DNA of 64,000 bases, from assembly GCA_003344405.1 (NCBI GenBank), contig NOWV01000288.1:1-64000 (forward strand), given 5' to 3'. This DNA comes from Trichoplax sp. H2. Lineage: Eukaryota. Positions 12,889-26,424 of the stretch are shown piece by piece; position 1 is the stretch's first letter, and every line of letters starts with the position of its first letter. A model generated the notes under the pieces. It was not told the DNA's origin. It saw only the letters and a list, made by a program, of their open reading frames with translations, and ran no database searches. The translations under genes and the position numbers were made by a program.

Positions 12889-14485
12889 TTAGAAGGCCTT
12901 TTCGTTTGAATTACCATCAGATTTGGAATTTATTAATGGTTCCTGTTGAGGCAATGATTGATGCAATGGTTGAGGTATGCCAATTGGAGCAGGTTGCGGA
13001 CCCGCTGATGTATATTGAGCTACTCCATAAGGTGGTAGACTTGAAGATTGAATAAATACTTGGTTTTGGCCTAAGGCTTGTATGGGTGGCGGAAGGACTT
13101 GAACTAGTATATGCATATAAATTTATTTAAATAAAAGGTGATGATTTTACTTCGTCATTATACTAGCTTATATTTTTATCAATATTAGACAGCCTTCTGA
13201 TCTGATAACTGTAACTAATTTTATCGCAGTTTTTAATATCTCCATAGACTCAGTAATGTCATCTATGTGAATCTACTAGGTGTATGTAGATTAAATTAAA
13301 GTTATGACAAATAATATACTAACCATTTGTTGCTTGTGTGGGACGAGAAGACGATTCACCAGTTATGTAGCACTACGTGTAGTTGTTTGCAGTATATTCG
13401 AAACAGAAATGGTCAAGATAAATATACAAATCTAACGCTGATCATTTAAAGCTGCTATAATCAACTAAATTGAGGTGACTAATATACCCTGTACAGTTTG
13501 GAAATTATCTTCAATTTTATCGTTTCATTATTACGATATAGAGAAGCAGATATGCTAACTAGCAATTACTGAAATCGCTAGTTTGTCTATACTGTAGCAT
13601 CGAAGAACAGATGATAATCATAGACATTATGTTCTCGAATATGAGATAATATCTGACAATGCAACCATCGAAAAACTGGCGAATGTAAATTATTGATAAT
13701 TATTTTGATTACATAATTACTTAAATTACGGTATTTACGCAGCCCTTACAATATATATTATGAGAGAGTACGATCATTGCTGCAAAAGACGGAATAAGAC
13801 CAATAGCCCCCAAAGAAACTGTTACAACAGGAAAGCAGAACTAATAACCGCGGTGGGATGCAATACCGATAATACCAAATATTACTTGCATAACAGCAGA
13901 TACGATGGATAAAAATGAAAAGGCGTAATAGTTGTGCATCTGTGATAGTTTAAATGCAAGTATGAATAATAAATTTTGCGTTGTTACTTTGGTAGTGTGC
14001 TAGTTACTGACGGAAGGATATGCTAAAGATTCATATCAAATTATCCCGGTAGGAATGACATTAGAATTAATGATATTAGCTATTCGTTTTTTAATGTTAG
14101 GTGTACTAAAAATATTTAGTTTTTTCTTACTTAATGAGGATTGATTGGAATCTTGAATGTTAGAATGCCGAATATTCCTGCTAAAAGATGCTGTAACAAA
14201 CGGGATAAAAGCAAAATCTTGTCCAAACTAGTCGCATAGTAAATGTATCTTAATGGCAGTAGGGTATATGAAGGTGTATCTATAGACCATAATGAGACCA
14301 AGGATACCGATGATCATAGTAATCGAGCCATATACAGTTAGTATTTTTCCTAGAACGTAAGATTTAAAGCGAAGCTGTTTAGGCAGTTTAAATTCCTTGC
14401 GACGTTTTGGCGGTACGTTCGTGTTAGAGACATATTGATAAGTGTTTGCTTGAGCATTTGGTCGGACAGTTGTCGCTGCTAGCAT
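12889..14485 (-). pseudogene. CD20/MS4A-like copy 3, pseudogene (closest to copy 4)
   Basis: About 263 nt deleted relative to copy 4, removing LWAGLF and the intron-1 donor (junction ~14245). TAA replaces the TTG at the end of exon 2 (14133-14131). In-frame TAG in exon 3 (13843-13841). Exons 4 (13372-13324) and 5 (13103-12889) remain open. Confidence 0.85.
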
Positions 14486-16225
14486 AATACTGGCTTTAGA
14501 TATACTCTTCTTATATTAATAAGCAACGTATTTAAATTCTCACTGAGAATAGTTAAACTTAGCAGGTAACACCTAAGCTATTCGATAACAACTAATTTTG
14601 GACAAGTATTACGAAATTAATGTACACGTAAGTGATCTCGGTAATATCTTGCATTTGCGGGGCAGTGAAATGATGATTATAGAAACCTTGATTGCTATCC
14701 TCTATAGAGGCTGATTGCAATACCGGGCTGGACTATTTTAGCATTGATAATTTATAATTAATTTACATAGCTATTTTTGGCATGTGGATGGCAACCCATT
14801 TAATATTTGAAGTATAGCAGGTCTTAGCAACAAGGTTTTGTTAAAATTTGTAGCTAAGATACCAATTAATGCAAACACTGCTACAATTTCACTGCAATTT
14901 CCTTATTTTAACTGCCTAGTTAATAGAGGCACTCTAGATAATATTCCTTGCTTTATTAGAGACGGCAACGCTCGAAGAAAGCTTAGATTAGGAGTGCTCC
15001 GTTACATTTAACTTCAATCTGTTTAATTTACCTATTTAGCTATCAGCCTTTCAGGACTTATGCCTTTAGAACTGATTGTATAATGGTTACAATTTGATAT
15101 CAGTATTATTCTATGCTATAGATCTTGACTACAGTAATAAAGGTATGCATTTTAGTTAAAAACCTATAATAAAATCTATAAGATGTAGGCCATGAAGAAC
15201 ATTATTTTGAGAATGGATGCTTCTAAAGCTACCAAGTCAGCATGGCTTAAACTTAGGGGAAATAGTTTAAAATTATATTTAATCGAATGCTAGGGAACAA
15301 TAAAAATTCATTATTGAATTACAGCAACATGCGGATATAGAAAAAGTAAGAAATAAAATTAGATCATGTTCTGTTTGCTAGCCGAAGTCGGAATATACGT
15401 TACGTAATCTAAGAATTTAAACGAATGGATCTGTTATAAATACTACAATTTTGAACTGATAAAATGGACAAACTGTTAATTACTGAGACAGTCAAATTAT
15501 GGTAATAAAAGACTGCACCTAAGAATCAAGTTTCTAAATGACTAAGCATGCAATACTTCAGTTTGCCTGTCAAAACTTTCGGCCTGTTTTGTTATAGATG
15601 ATTCCACGAGACCTAACTAAATAACTTGCTATACAGCGTATTTTCAAATTTTATAATGTCAAGGAGTTGGCTAAGCTTCATTAATTAAAGCTATTCCTTC
15701 ACAGTGATACTGTAAACTTTCGAATTAGATACCAATGGTAAATATAATAATTATCATTAATTCTATATCAGAATTTACTCTTTATTAATGATCTTTTCAT
15801 TTGCGGAGATTTAGAATTTTACAAAACTGCCACGAAAGTTTAGTTACTAAATCTTAATGTTACGAACGAATTACATGTATACTAGTGTGAATAATAGTCA
15901 GCTTTCACGTTTTGATTAAATTAAATACTTCCTATTTTATGTCTATATTCACTGAAATATATGTATTCTAAAAATGACAACCATTAATGTACCTGTCGAC
16001 ATAAGAGATACAAGAATAATAAACTAATTATAATTTATTTTCGAGCCGAAGCTGAAATTTATAGGAAGTCTCTCTAAGCCAAGATAATCAAGATACAAGT
16101 CTTACAAAGAAGGCTTGGAAACTGATTACCTAAATAAATCGTTGAGTAAGTTTCTAGTACTGCATTACGGTATTCTGTTACAGGCTGTTCTTGTCGCCCA
16201 CGATGGAAATTTTGAAATCAGTTAT

Positions 16226-18021
16226 TTAGAATGTAGGATTTGGCGACACTTTTACGAACTCCTTGTCATTGGGGTAGTTGTTAGGATTAGGTTGGATTGA
16301 AGGCTGCTGTTGTTGAGGCAAAGATTGAACCATACCAATCGTTACAGGTTGTGGCCCTGCTGGTGTATATTGAGCTACTTCATAAGGTGGTAAGTTTGAA
16401 GATTGAACTATTACTTGATTTTGGCCCATTGGTTGCACGGATGGCTGAAAGACTTGAACTAGAATATAAATGATTTAAATAAAAGGCGATGACTTCACTT
16501 CGTTATGACACTGGCTTACATGTATACCCATATTAGACTGTCTGTTGAGATGATAGAATTGTATTTATGACAGATAATATACTAACCGCTTGCTGGTTGT
16601 GCGGGATGAGAAGACGATTCACCAGTTATGTAGCACTATGTGTAGTTGTTTGCAGTATATTGGAAAAAGAAATATTAAAAGATAAAAATAAAAAGACTAA
16701 GGATAATCATTTAAAGTTACCATAATCATCTAAATTGAGGTGGCAAATATACACTGTATAGTTTAGAGACTATCTTTTACTGTTGTATCGTTTCATAATT
16801 GTTATACGGAGAAGCAGATATGCTTGCTAGCAATTACTGAAATATCTAGCTTACAGTAAAGTTGAAGAACAGATGATAATCAAAGATATTATGTTTTCGG
16901 ATATGAGATAATAATATCTGACAACATAGCCATGGAAAAACTGGCGAATGTATTTAATTATCGATATTTATTTTAATTATATAATTTCTTAAATGACGGT
17001 ACTCACGCAGCCCTTGCAGTATATATTATGAGAGAGTATAATCATTGCTGCAAATGATGGGATGAGACCAATTACTCCAAGAGAAATTGTTACAATAAGA
17101 TACCATATCGATCTACGAAAGTAGTCGGCTGTAAAGCCAACACCGCCAAATATTACTTGCAGGCCAGTAGATAAAATGGATAGAAGTGAAAAGGCGTAAT
17201 AGTTGTGCATCTATGACAGTTAAAGATAAAGTGTAAATAATAAGTTTTGCGTTGTTACTTAGGTAATGTGATCGCTGCAGATATAAGAATATGCTAGAGA
17301 TTCTTATCAAATTATCACGGAAGGAAACGATATCAGTATTAGTAACATTAGCTGTTCGATTTTAGCTGTTAGATGTACTACTAGACATTTAGTTTTTTCT
17401 TACCAAATGAGGATTGACTGGAATCTTGAATGATAGAATGCCGAATATTCCTGCTAAAAGAGGCTGTAACAAACGTGATAAAAGCACAATCTTGTTCAAA
17501 CTAGTCGCATAGTAGATATGCAGGCAATCGATAATAGTTACTAAGGAGAAAACTAAACTAGTTGTATGTAAGCTAAGTACGTTATTTAATAACAGTATTT
17601 AGCGAACTATTACAAAGTCGTATAGAATTTAATCGCATGTAAATTTTAATTTCTTAGAGGCTTTTCCGTCAATTAGCAATATCGATGATAATATCAAAAC
17701 GAGAAATTTCATAATTGTAAGAGTACGAAAACGTAGTAAATAAATTACAAATTACAAATTACTTACAAATAAGCCTGCCCAAAGATTAACAGCAGTAGCG
17801 TATATGAAGGTGTATCTATAGACCAGAATAAGACCAAGGATACCGATGATCATAGTAATGGAGCCATATACAGTTAGTATTATTCCGAGAACGTAAGACT
17901 TATAGCGAAGCTGTTCAGGCAGTTTAAATTCCTTACGACGTTTTTGCGGTACGTTCGTGTTAGAGACATATTGTTGAGTGTTTACTTGAACATTTGGTCG
18001 GACAGTTGTCGCTGCTAGCAT
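16226..18021 (-). CDS. CD20/MS4A-like four-TM protein, copy 4 (exons 18021-17767, 17463-17404, 17210-17007, 16635-16587, 16458-16226)
   Basis: Canonical splice sites and open frame. TAVNLWAGLF|PLLAGIFGIL; IYCKGC|CY; LPPY in the tail. Confidence 0.8.
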
Positions 18022-18642
18022 GATACTCGCTTTAGATATACTCTTTTTCTAGTAATGAACAACGTATTTAAATTCTCACTGAGAATAGTTAAATTTAGCA
18101 GGTAACACTTAATCTATTCGATATCAATTAATTTTGAATTAGTATTCCAGAATTACTGAAAGTGGTCCCTTTAATTCTATGTAGTTGTGGAGCGATAGAA
18201 TGATGATTATCGTATAGAAGTCTTGATTGCTATGCTCTCTAGAAGCAGATTGTGATACCAAGCTGGACTGTTCAAACATTAATAATCAATTTACATAGCT
18301 ATTTTCGGCACGTGAATGGTAGCCTATCCTGTATTTAAAGTACACATGGCCTTAGCAACGAAGTATTTTTAAAACTTATAATCATTATACATGCACATTA
18401 ATGCTCATAGTGTTGCAAGTTTTATCGGGATTTTCCTGCTGATCATGTTACTTGGTCTCTCACCAATGGTGACATTAGGAGATGGTTGCAGTCAAGCAGG
18501 TTAATTTCACTGAACTTCAATCGCTTAAACTTGCGAATCTAAGTATCTGCCCAGCTTCGAACTTATGTTTTCCGAAGCAATTCCAATCCACTATGCAACA
18601 GCTATAATTGACGTCGGTGACATTCCATATCATGATTTTAAC

Positions 18643-18666
18643 TACCGTTATAACGTTATAACGGTA
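18643..18666. other. Perfect 24-bp palindrome TACCGTTATAACGTTATAACGGTA upstream of copy 4 (also at 11315-11338)
   Basis: The sequence equals its own reverse complement. Confidence 0.9.
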
Positions 18667-19714
18667 CACTATAATACGCATACAGCATACTAAAATTCAT
18701 ATGAACGAATTACGTCATTGGAACCGTACAGACAAATTTACTACATCTGCGTGTTTGTCTTCACCTAAAAAATTATGTAAATAGTGTACTTATGATGATG
18801 CCTAGAGACGCTCTAAGGGTCTCTAAAAATGGTGCCTATTTTTCAAGCTATCATTCTCATAGTGTTCCTATTATACGTGATAATGCCGTTTAAGATCGAA
18901 TGATTTCACTAGCTTTCTACTGTAAGCTCAATGACAGCTACATTATTAATCATAATGCTACCCAATTTAATTCTATGTAATGTAGGGACTGTACATTGTA
19001 CAATAGGACACATGTTAAATACCATCAATTGGGCATTACTTTATCATATTTTTTTTATCCTTTTATTTCATCTAAATAATGCACCCATGATACAAATTAG
19101 GCAACATAATGTGACACGTAATTGTATTAACGTGCTAATTGCTTGGAACGATAATTTTTCCCCCATTGTAAGACAGTATCGTACTGATCTAATCTTAACG
19201 TTAATCTTATTGACTGCTTTTCTAATTTCTCACATTCAATAGCAGTATAGAATGGATTAGCAGATGAGATTAATAAAAGGTTCGAAGTATAGTGATATCC
19301 ATCATTTTATTTTCGAAATGTACAGGAGAGAACTTGTTGCGGTCATTTTGCAAAATGATCGACTTCGCATCAGGATATGTTTATAATTATTATGAAAATT
19401 TTAATTCTAAAATATTTCTTGGTCGAAGGAACGCAATCATGAAGGATTTCATTACATTAATAAGTTTGCACGAAATAAAAATATAATTTACGCTGATATT
19501 ATTCATAATTTCATTAGCCAACTTTTAAATACAATGAGTCCAAGTAGAATAGTTTGCTTTTATGCCGTCGCAAACTATTATACTGTCTGATCGAATCGAC
19601 GATCTAGTACGTTACATTAGATTTAAATTGCAATATCATATCTTGTAAGCCTATTTATAATGGGTATACTAGTACCAAATTTTATTACTTCCAAGTAAAT
19701 CGTTTGCTGGTAGT

Positions 19715-21898
19715 CTATGACTTGGATGCTGGCAATGCCTTAATGGAGCTATCATTATTTAAAGCCTCTTCTTCTTTACTAGATGATGGCTGGTATTGTT
19801 GTTGGCCCTCTGTACCAGTATTATTATTAGCGATAGCGGGCTGTTGCATAATGCCTGCAGTATATTGAATAGCACCATAAGTAGGCAAGTTAGGAGACTG
19901 AACGACGGCTTGATTTTGCGTAGCAGGCTGTACGGTCGGTTGTACGACGTGAACTAGAAAAGTCAATGAATTAATGGTGAATATCTTTTGCGAATTTAAC
20001 TTACGGCCGCGTTCTTACTTTATTTTGAGAACTGATCTCAAATCTTAACTAATAAGCATCCTGTTTGCACGCGTAAAAATCTACGTTAGGTATTATTCAC
20101 TATTATCTTTGCTTTGAAGGAAATTATCAATTGCTTTCCTGTCGAAATAAACTATTTTTACCATTCATTACATTTTCATAACGAATATCAATTTTAAATT
20201 TTGAAATATAATATACAAGTATTAGTATAAGTATAATGAAGCTAGTAAGGGTAGAATGAACCAATTTTGATTAAGTCATGAATGATGCAGGTTGTATCGT
20301 ATTTATACTTTAAAATATAAAATATTAAACTACGATATGGTTACATTAAATTTATTAATATGCAGGACTCGAACGATTATATTAATATAATAAACACTTA
20401 ATTCTACGAGTTATGCTTTTAGATTATGAAAGTTGCATCTATAAAAGGGTTAGGTTACTTATTTTTAATATTGTCTACGAACCTGTTTGACCCTGTACAG
20501 GAAGATGTGAGGTAGAATCGCCGGTTATATAACACTATAAGTTCAAGTAAGATCTCAAAAATGAGGGTAATGAATTTCATTTGAATCACTATTATTCTAT
20601 ATTAAAGAGGAATTGCATTTATTTATATCCTTCAGGGAATCAATTATTTAAATCATATAATCTTTCTAAATGCTTTATGTCTAAATATCAGTTGGAGAAT
20701 GTGGATATTTGAGTACAGAAAGAAACATATTGAATAACTTTTAAAATACATCAAATTGTTGGATAATGTAATTGGTAGCATTTTTGATGATCTTAATTTT
20801 TTTATATCTAATTGTAAACAATAATATTTTCTGAGACTGGTTTAAAATCTTAAAATTTGTTAGAATAGAAGTTTCTGAAAAAATAACTACGGGAATGTAT
20901 TTCTCAAGCAAGATTTGATTTAAATATTTCGAAATCATTAATGATGAAATTTGAAGTAAAATGGTTACTTACACAGCCTTTGCAATAGATGTTATGTGAT
21001 AGTATGATAATGGCAGCCATTGATAGAGCTATTCCGAGTCCTGACAAAGAGAATGTGATGATAATCATCCATAAAGAATTACCGTAGTATCCTGTAATGG
21101 TAAGAATAGCGAATAGGAGCTGAATAAAGGAGGATAAAAAGGCCAAAAACGAAAAGGCATAATAATTATGCATCTATAAAAAATATGAGGAAAGATCATT
21201 CTGAGTAACCGATGGGAGAAGATGAAAGGGCAAAAGATATGCCGTACGTAATATGTATCAAATCAAGTTAAAGTAAATTTAAGTTATGAAATTGGTTACT
21301 TTAATATAGGATTGTCTACTAAGTAGAAGCAAACGTTCTTAGTGTGTTCTTACCAAGTGAGGATTAATTGGAATCTTGTAGGTTAGGATCCCAAACACTC
21401 CAGATAGCAAATACTAAAAATGTGCATGCATAAATTGCAAAAGTTAATTAGAGAAGCCATTTATTTGAAATTAACATGATGAGTTTCTGGTAATTAATCG
21501 AGATGCAACTTTCAATGTGACAATATTGGAATTGCATGAGGTAAACTCTGTTATGCAATATACATGTGGTTAACAACGATCATTTGCTTGAGATTATTGG
21601 AGTACGTACTGTATAGAAACAAGGTACATTGTCAATAGCTTCTGTAAATACTTACAAATAATCCTGTCCATAGATTTACACCGCTAGCGTATAGGATTGT
21701 GTATCTGGAGGTAAGAGCGAAACCGAGGATACTGATGATCATTGTTACTGAGCCAAAGACGCTTAGAATGACCCCGAGGGAGTAAGATTTGTGGCGCACT
21801 TCTTCAGGCAATCTGTATACTTTAGCTGTCGGCTGCAATGCATTTGGATTACTAACATACTGGGGCGGATCAACTGGCAATTGAGTTGTTGCCTGCAT
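19715..21898 (-). CDS. CD20/MS4A-like four-TM protein, copy 5 (exons 21898-21656, 21413-21354, 21173-20973, 20534-20483, 19953-19715)
   Basis: Same architecture. SGVNLWTGLF|YLLSGVFGIL; IYCKGC|CY; N-terminal PPQY and C-terminal LPTY. Confidence 0.8.
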
Positions 21899-24800
21899 GA
21901 TTTTAAAACTTGTCTTCTAACTAGATCAAAACTTTTGATTTTAAGATAATTCTGAATTAGAAAAAGATCATGAAATCATCTGATCGTGAAATACAAGAAG
22001 TTCATTTATTTTCTGCAACAACATAGACTAATAAGAAAATTTTAAGCTCTTGTACTTAGTAATTTTAAAACCTATTCCTAGTATTTTGATATGTTCAGTT
22101 ACGATTTACTAAAATTGATAAATTATTTGGCAGCTTCTATATCTTTCAACTTTAAAACTATCGATCTAATTATATGATCAATGCTAATATAGAGCGTATA
22201 TTTAAGTGCCAACCAAAGTTACCGTACTTACCAAAGTTGTCTACGTAAAATGTGCTAGGCTAGAGTAATTTCGTGAACTGGTCAGTTCAAAGGAGAACTA
22301 TGTTATTAAGAAGCTATTACATTAACTACGCATGTGTATGTAAATTTAACTATAAGTAATGCACTGAAGATATAGTTTCAAACGGTAGTTATCCTACGTA
22401 TTACTGTTTATAGTCTCACATAGTCTCACATTTATAATGACGTAATGCTTTCCTAATTTAACCTATTAGGATTGTAGGCCTTTGTTATGATGCATGCATA
22501 AGCAGCAATGCATTTATTTACTTTATTAGGTAATAATATTTGACATAATGCTTTGCGAATAGAGCAGCATCTGCTTATCTAAAACTGGATGTAAAATGTA
22601 TCCATCTACTAAGTTTGGTAAAGGAAATAAATTGCAAACAAAAGAACAATTCGTGTTGTTTCGTTCATTCGCTACTAATTAGCTACTAATGTAACTGAAT
22701 TAAAGGAGAAGGAGGAAGCGATTTTGCTAACTCAAGTGAGATCTTGCATCCGCTATTGATCTTGTTTTATAATATCTAGCTATAGATCATTACTATTGGA
22801 AATTAATAAAACCGCACTCATTACCTAGTACTGTACTTTGCGTAGTATAGGTACTGTACTTGCACTTTTTACTTTACCTGTGAAATTAGTGTAAATTTTG
22901 AAATTTGTTTTGAAAATCTCAACTGCAAAACGATTCAAATAGCTTTTGTCGCCCGAGTAAAGCTCCTTTATGATAGCATACTATGAGCTTTGCGAGATTT
23001 TGTTAGCCATTTCTAAAATACGGAACAAGGTAAACATTAAATTAGATATTGCTCCTTTCATAACATTTAAGATACTTTTTGTTGGACGTCAGTAGTATTT
23101 TGGTAATTATAATTAACTATAAGGAGTACAATAAAACCAAATTGTACATTTATTTCGGTGCAGAATTACTTGTGCTCTCTCTGTAATATACGTAATTTCC
23201 TAATCTCTGAACTATTAGATTAAAGCGGCCACTTTGGCGATAGTTTACAAAATAAGAATGATCGATGCAAGATGAGGTCACGACTAAGCGTCGTATATTT
23301 TCTCAGAGAAGCTTCTAATACAAAATTAATTGCACTAACTTCATTATTTAACCTTTCTAGCATAAGCAGTGTAACTTTAAAACATTAAGGATGAAAAGAA
23401 GGACTTTAAAGTACCATATACATACAGTTTAACGATTAGTTAAAATCAGGGTTAAAAACTTGCCAACTCATACTATACCAAAAGTCCAGTAATAGATCAC
23501 ACAAAAGCCATGCGAATACGGGTCTGTACAGGAAGATTAATATCGACTAATAGCAGTCTTTACGATATCTGTTAGATCATAAAATTGCTGTTTACTAGCA
23601 AGAACTTTACTTAAGGTGAATATTTTACTACTAGATAAGATTTATGATAGGATTAACTGTTATAGCAACTCATTTTAGATTTGCGATAAGAGATTTCATA
23701 CTAATAATATTTAGTCATAGTCTTAATGTAATATGCTTAATCTTAAGAATACTGTTACAGATGCTGTTCTGGCTTCGAAATTTAGATGGACTACCGAATA
23801 TAGGTACTCTATGACTGTTAATCATAGAAATATATCAAATGAGAACTGCTATAATACTCTAGTAAAATTCCATTGCTCTACGACTTCATAAAATAAGTTG
23901 CAAAACTGCACAAGTGCACAAGCTAATACATGACGAAGCATTAATTCAATGTGTGACAGCATGTACATTACACATGCAATTTAATGGCAATTTACTAAAT
24001 GAGATATTATACAAAATGTCTGATTTAGCAATTGTCGCTAATAATTGTCTTTTTTTAAGGAAAAGTATGACTCATATTACGACCACAGAAATTATTACAG
24101 TGTTCACTAAACAAGCACTAAGGACAGTAAAAAAATTAGGGATAATGTAATATTAAAAGCTAAATTTATTCAAGACGATGGTACAACCTTATAAAAACTG
24201 ATCTATCAACCAATCCCCTCTGCTATACGAGTCCATTGATGCAGCCAATACTATAAAATCAATCATGAAACTCTCAGGCTTATAATAGTGAACGTAAAGT
24301 AAGTATGTATCTGCATAGATAAACGATATCACGAAATTGATAAAAATTCTTCAAGTATTATTTTAATTTAGAATGAAACCAATGATTTCTAATATCAGAC
24401 TATCATGCTATTTTTCCATATTTGTATCTTAGTTATATATTTCGCTGCACTGCAGAGCTATGCTACATTCGGGAGCAAATAATTATCTACGCTAACATTT
24501 ATGTAATTATACACTTGTGATAGTATATCGACAATATCCTTGTTTGAATAGTCTGTATTAAAATGTGATATGATATCTGGACACTAATTAACGAACCTAA
24601 TATCAAAAGAGTCTAGTAAGAATTTCTTCTTACCTAACAAGTCTTACTATATGGTAGTCACTATAATATAGAAAGGTAATTTGTAACACATTAGCAAAAT
24701 TTTATCTCATCTTTCTATTACTTAACTGCATTAGCAATACATCTTAAACAAATACGTGTTAACCGCTTTTATTTTTACCTTTGGCACAATTAATAAATAA

Positions 24801-24970
24801 AACTATCGAATTCCTGTAGTTGAGCTTATTGTAATTGGCCTTTTTAAGATTAGCGTTCAAGTACATAATTGAATGCACTCTAAATTTCGTACGAATATTA
24901 GTGATCATGATTCTTATAAATTTTTATTAATAAATACTAGTTGGCAACTATTCGCAAAGAATTTTGACGC

Positions 24971-25697
24971 AAACACCGAAATGTAACGTTCTTAATATTA
25001 TTTCAATGAATAAAGCACCTTACTACTAGTGTTCCACATACTATGATAAAACAGGTACTTGTAATGTAACTGTAGTAAATAGATCTTTATATTTATAACT
25101 GCGTAGTAACTTTTACTGATTCTATTCTCGTGTTTAAATGCTTTACTTTCGTAGCTTGGCATTAATGATTGATTCTCCCTGGGTAATCTTCACTGAGTTG
25201 ATGTGGTTATACGGATATTCAATTAGTAATTATTCGATGTAACCAGTGACAGAGAAGTGATGATAAGTACTACAAGTTCAAATTCTGTTGGCCGTTGTTT
25301 TAACCAAGTTTTGGGATATTCATGATTGATAAAGTTAATAATCGATCTAGCGAAAGCTCGTTCAATTAGAAAACATGTCGGAAAATGTTTGTGTCGCTAT
25401 GGTTATTATAAATCACCACATCAACGTAAACAAATCAAAAATCGAAACATCAAAATGTAACGTTTTTAATATTATTTTAATAGCACACCTTATTACTGTT
25501 ATAATTCAAATGCCTGCATTGTTACTGTGGTAAACAGATCTCTATATTTAAATTCCGTGGTAATTTTTACAGATTCTGTTAATGCGTTAAGATGCTTTAC
25601 TTTCGTAGTTTTACATATAAAGTCTGATTCTCCTTACATAATATTCATTCAGTTAATATAGTTACACGAATATTTGCTAGTAAGAATCAGATGTGAT
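24971..25697. repeat. Diverged ~260-bp direct repeat pair (~24971-25245 and ~25445-25697)
   Basis: Shared colinear blocks: aaatgtaacgtt.ttaatattattt, cacctta.tact, actgt.gtaaa.agatct.tatattta, atgctttactttcgtag, tgattctcc. Confidence 0.7.
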
Positions 25698-26424
25698 TAA
25701 TAGTGTTTATCGTGTATAATTTCATTTTAAGGTACTTTGTTTTTTCATTAATCGATGTAAAGATAGAAGTTGCTAAAGATTATGAAACTACGGTACAATG
25801 CCTGATCCTAGCTGTGTCTGCTTATAGCAATCGTTACTCAGTACTGGAAATAGACGCGAAAAATTAAATTATATGTAGAGGCAAAGTGGGTATTGGTATA
25901 CCAATATTTGCGGTGGATAAATAACACAGTGTCACGAATTTTACGAGATTTTTTGTAGCACGTTCGTCTTTAACAAGTAGGAAGGTTTAAAAGACATTTA
26001 TGCTTAGAATCAGAGAAGTACAGGCAAGCGTTTAAAGATTCTAATTTTGTCGGCCACTTTTATAGTTAAGTATTCAAGCATGATACATATAGTTTCTAAT
26101 GGATCCAGCGTAAGCCGGTGCAATTGGAAAACATGTGGGAGAACTGTTACCTCGTTAGGGCTATTATAGACCATTCTGTCAAAGTGAGCAAATCAAAAAT
26201 CTGTTTAAGATTTCAATTTGGATCTTTTCAATTGCTATTTGATACACCTTTGCCTTGTTAATTAGTTATGATGTCTTTGGATAAATTAATTTATTCATTT
26301 AAAATCGTCTTCTTTCAGAAATCACTGGCTAATGGTGATTCTGGCTCTGATTTTCTTTTTTGTCAATAATTTCGGTTGAGGTATAATCTAAACCTTTTCT
26401 AATTGCATCAGAAGAAATAACCAA

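Noticed and set aside
18931..19242. 103-aa hydrophobic plus-strand ORF
   Set aside because: AT-rich composition explains the hydrophobicity; no motifs or splice support.
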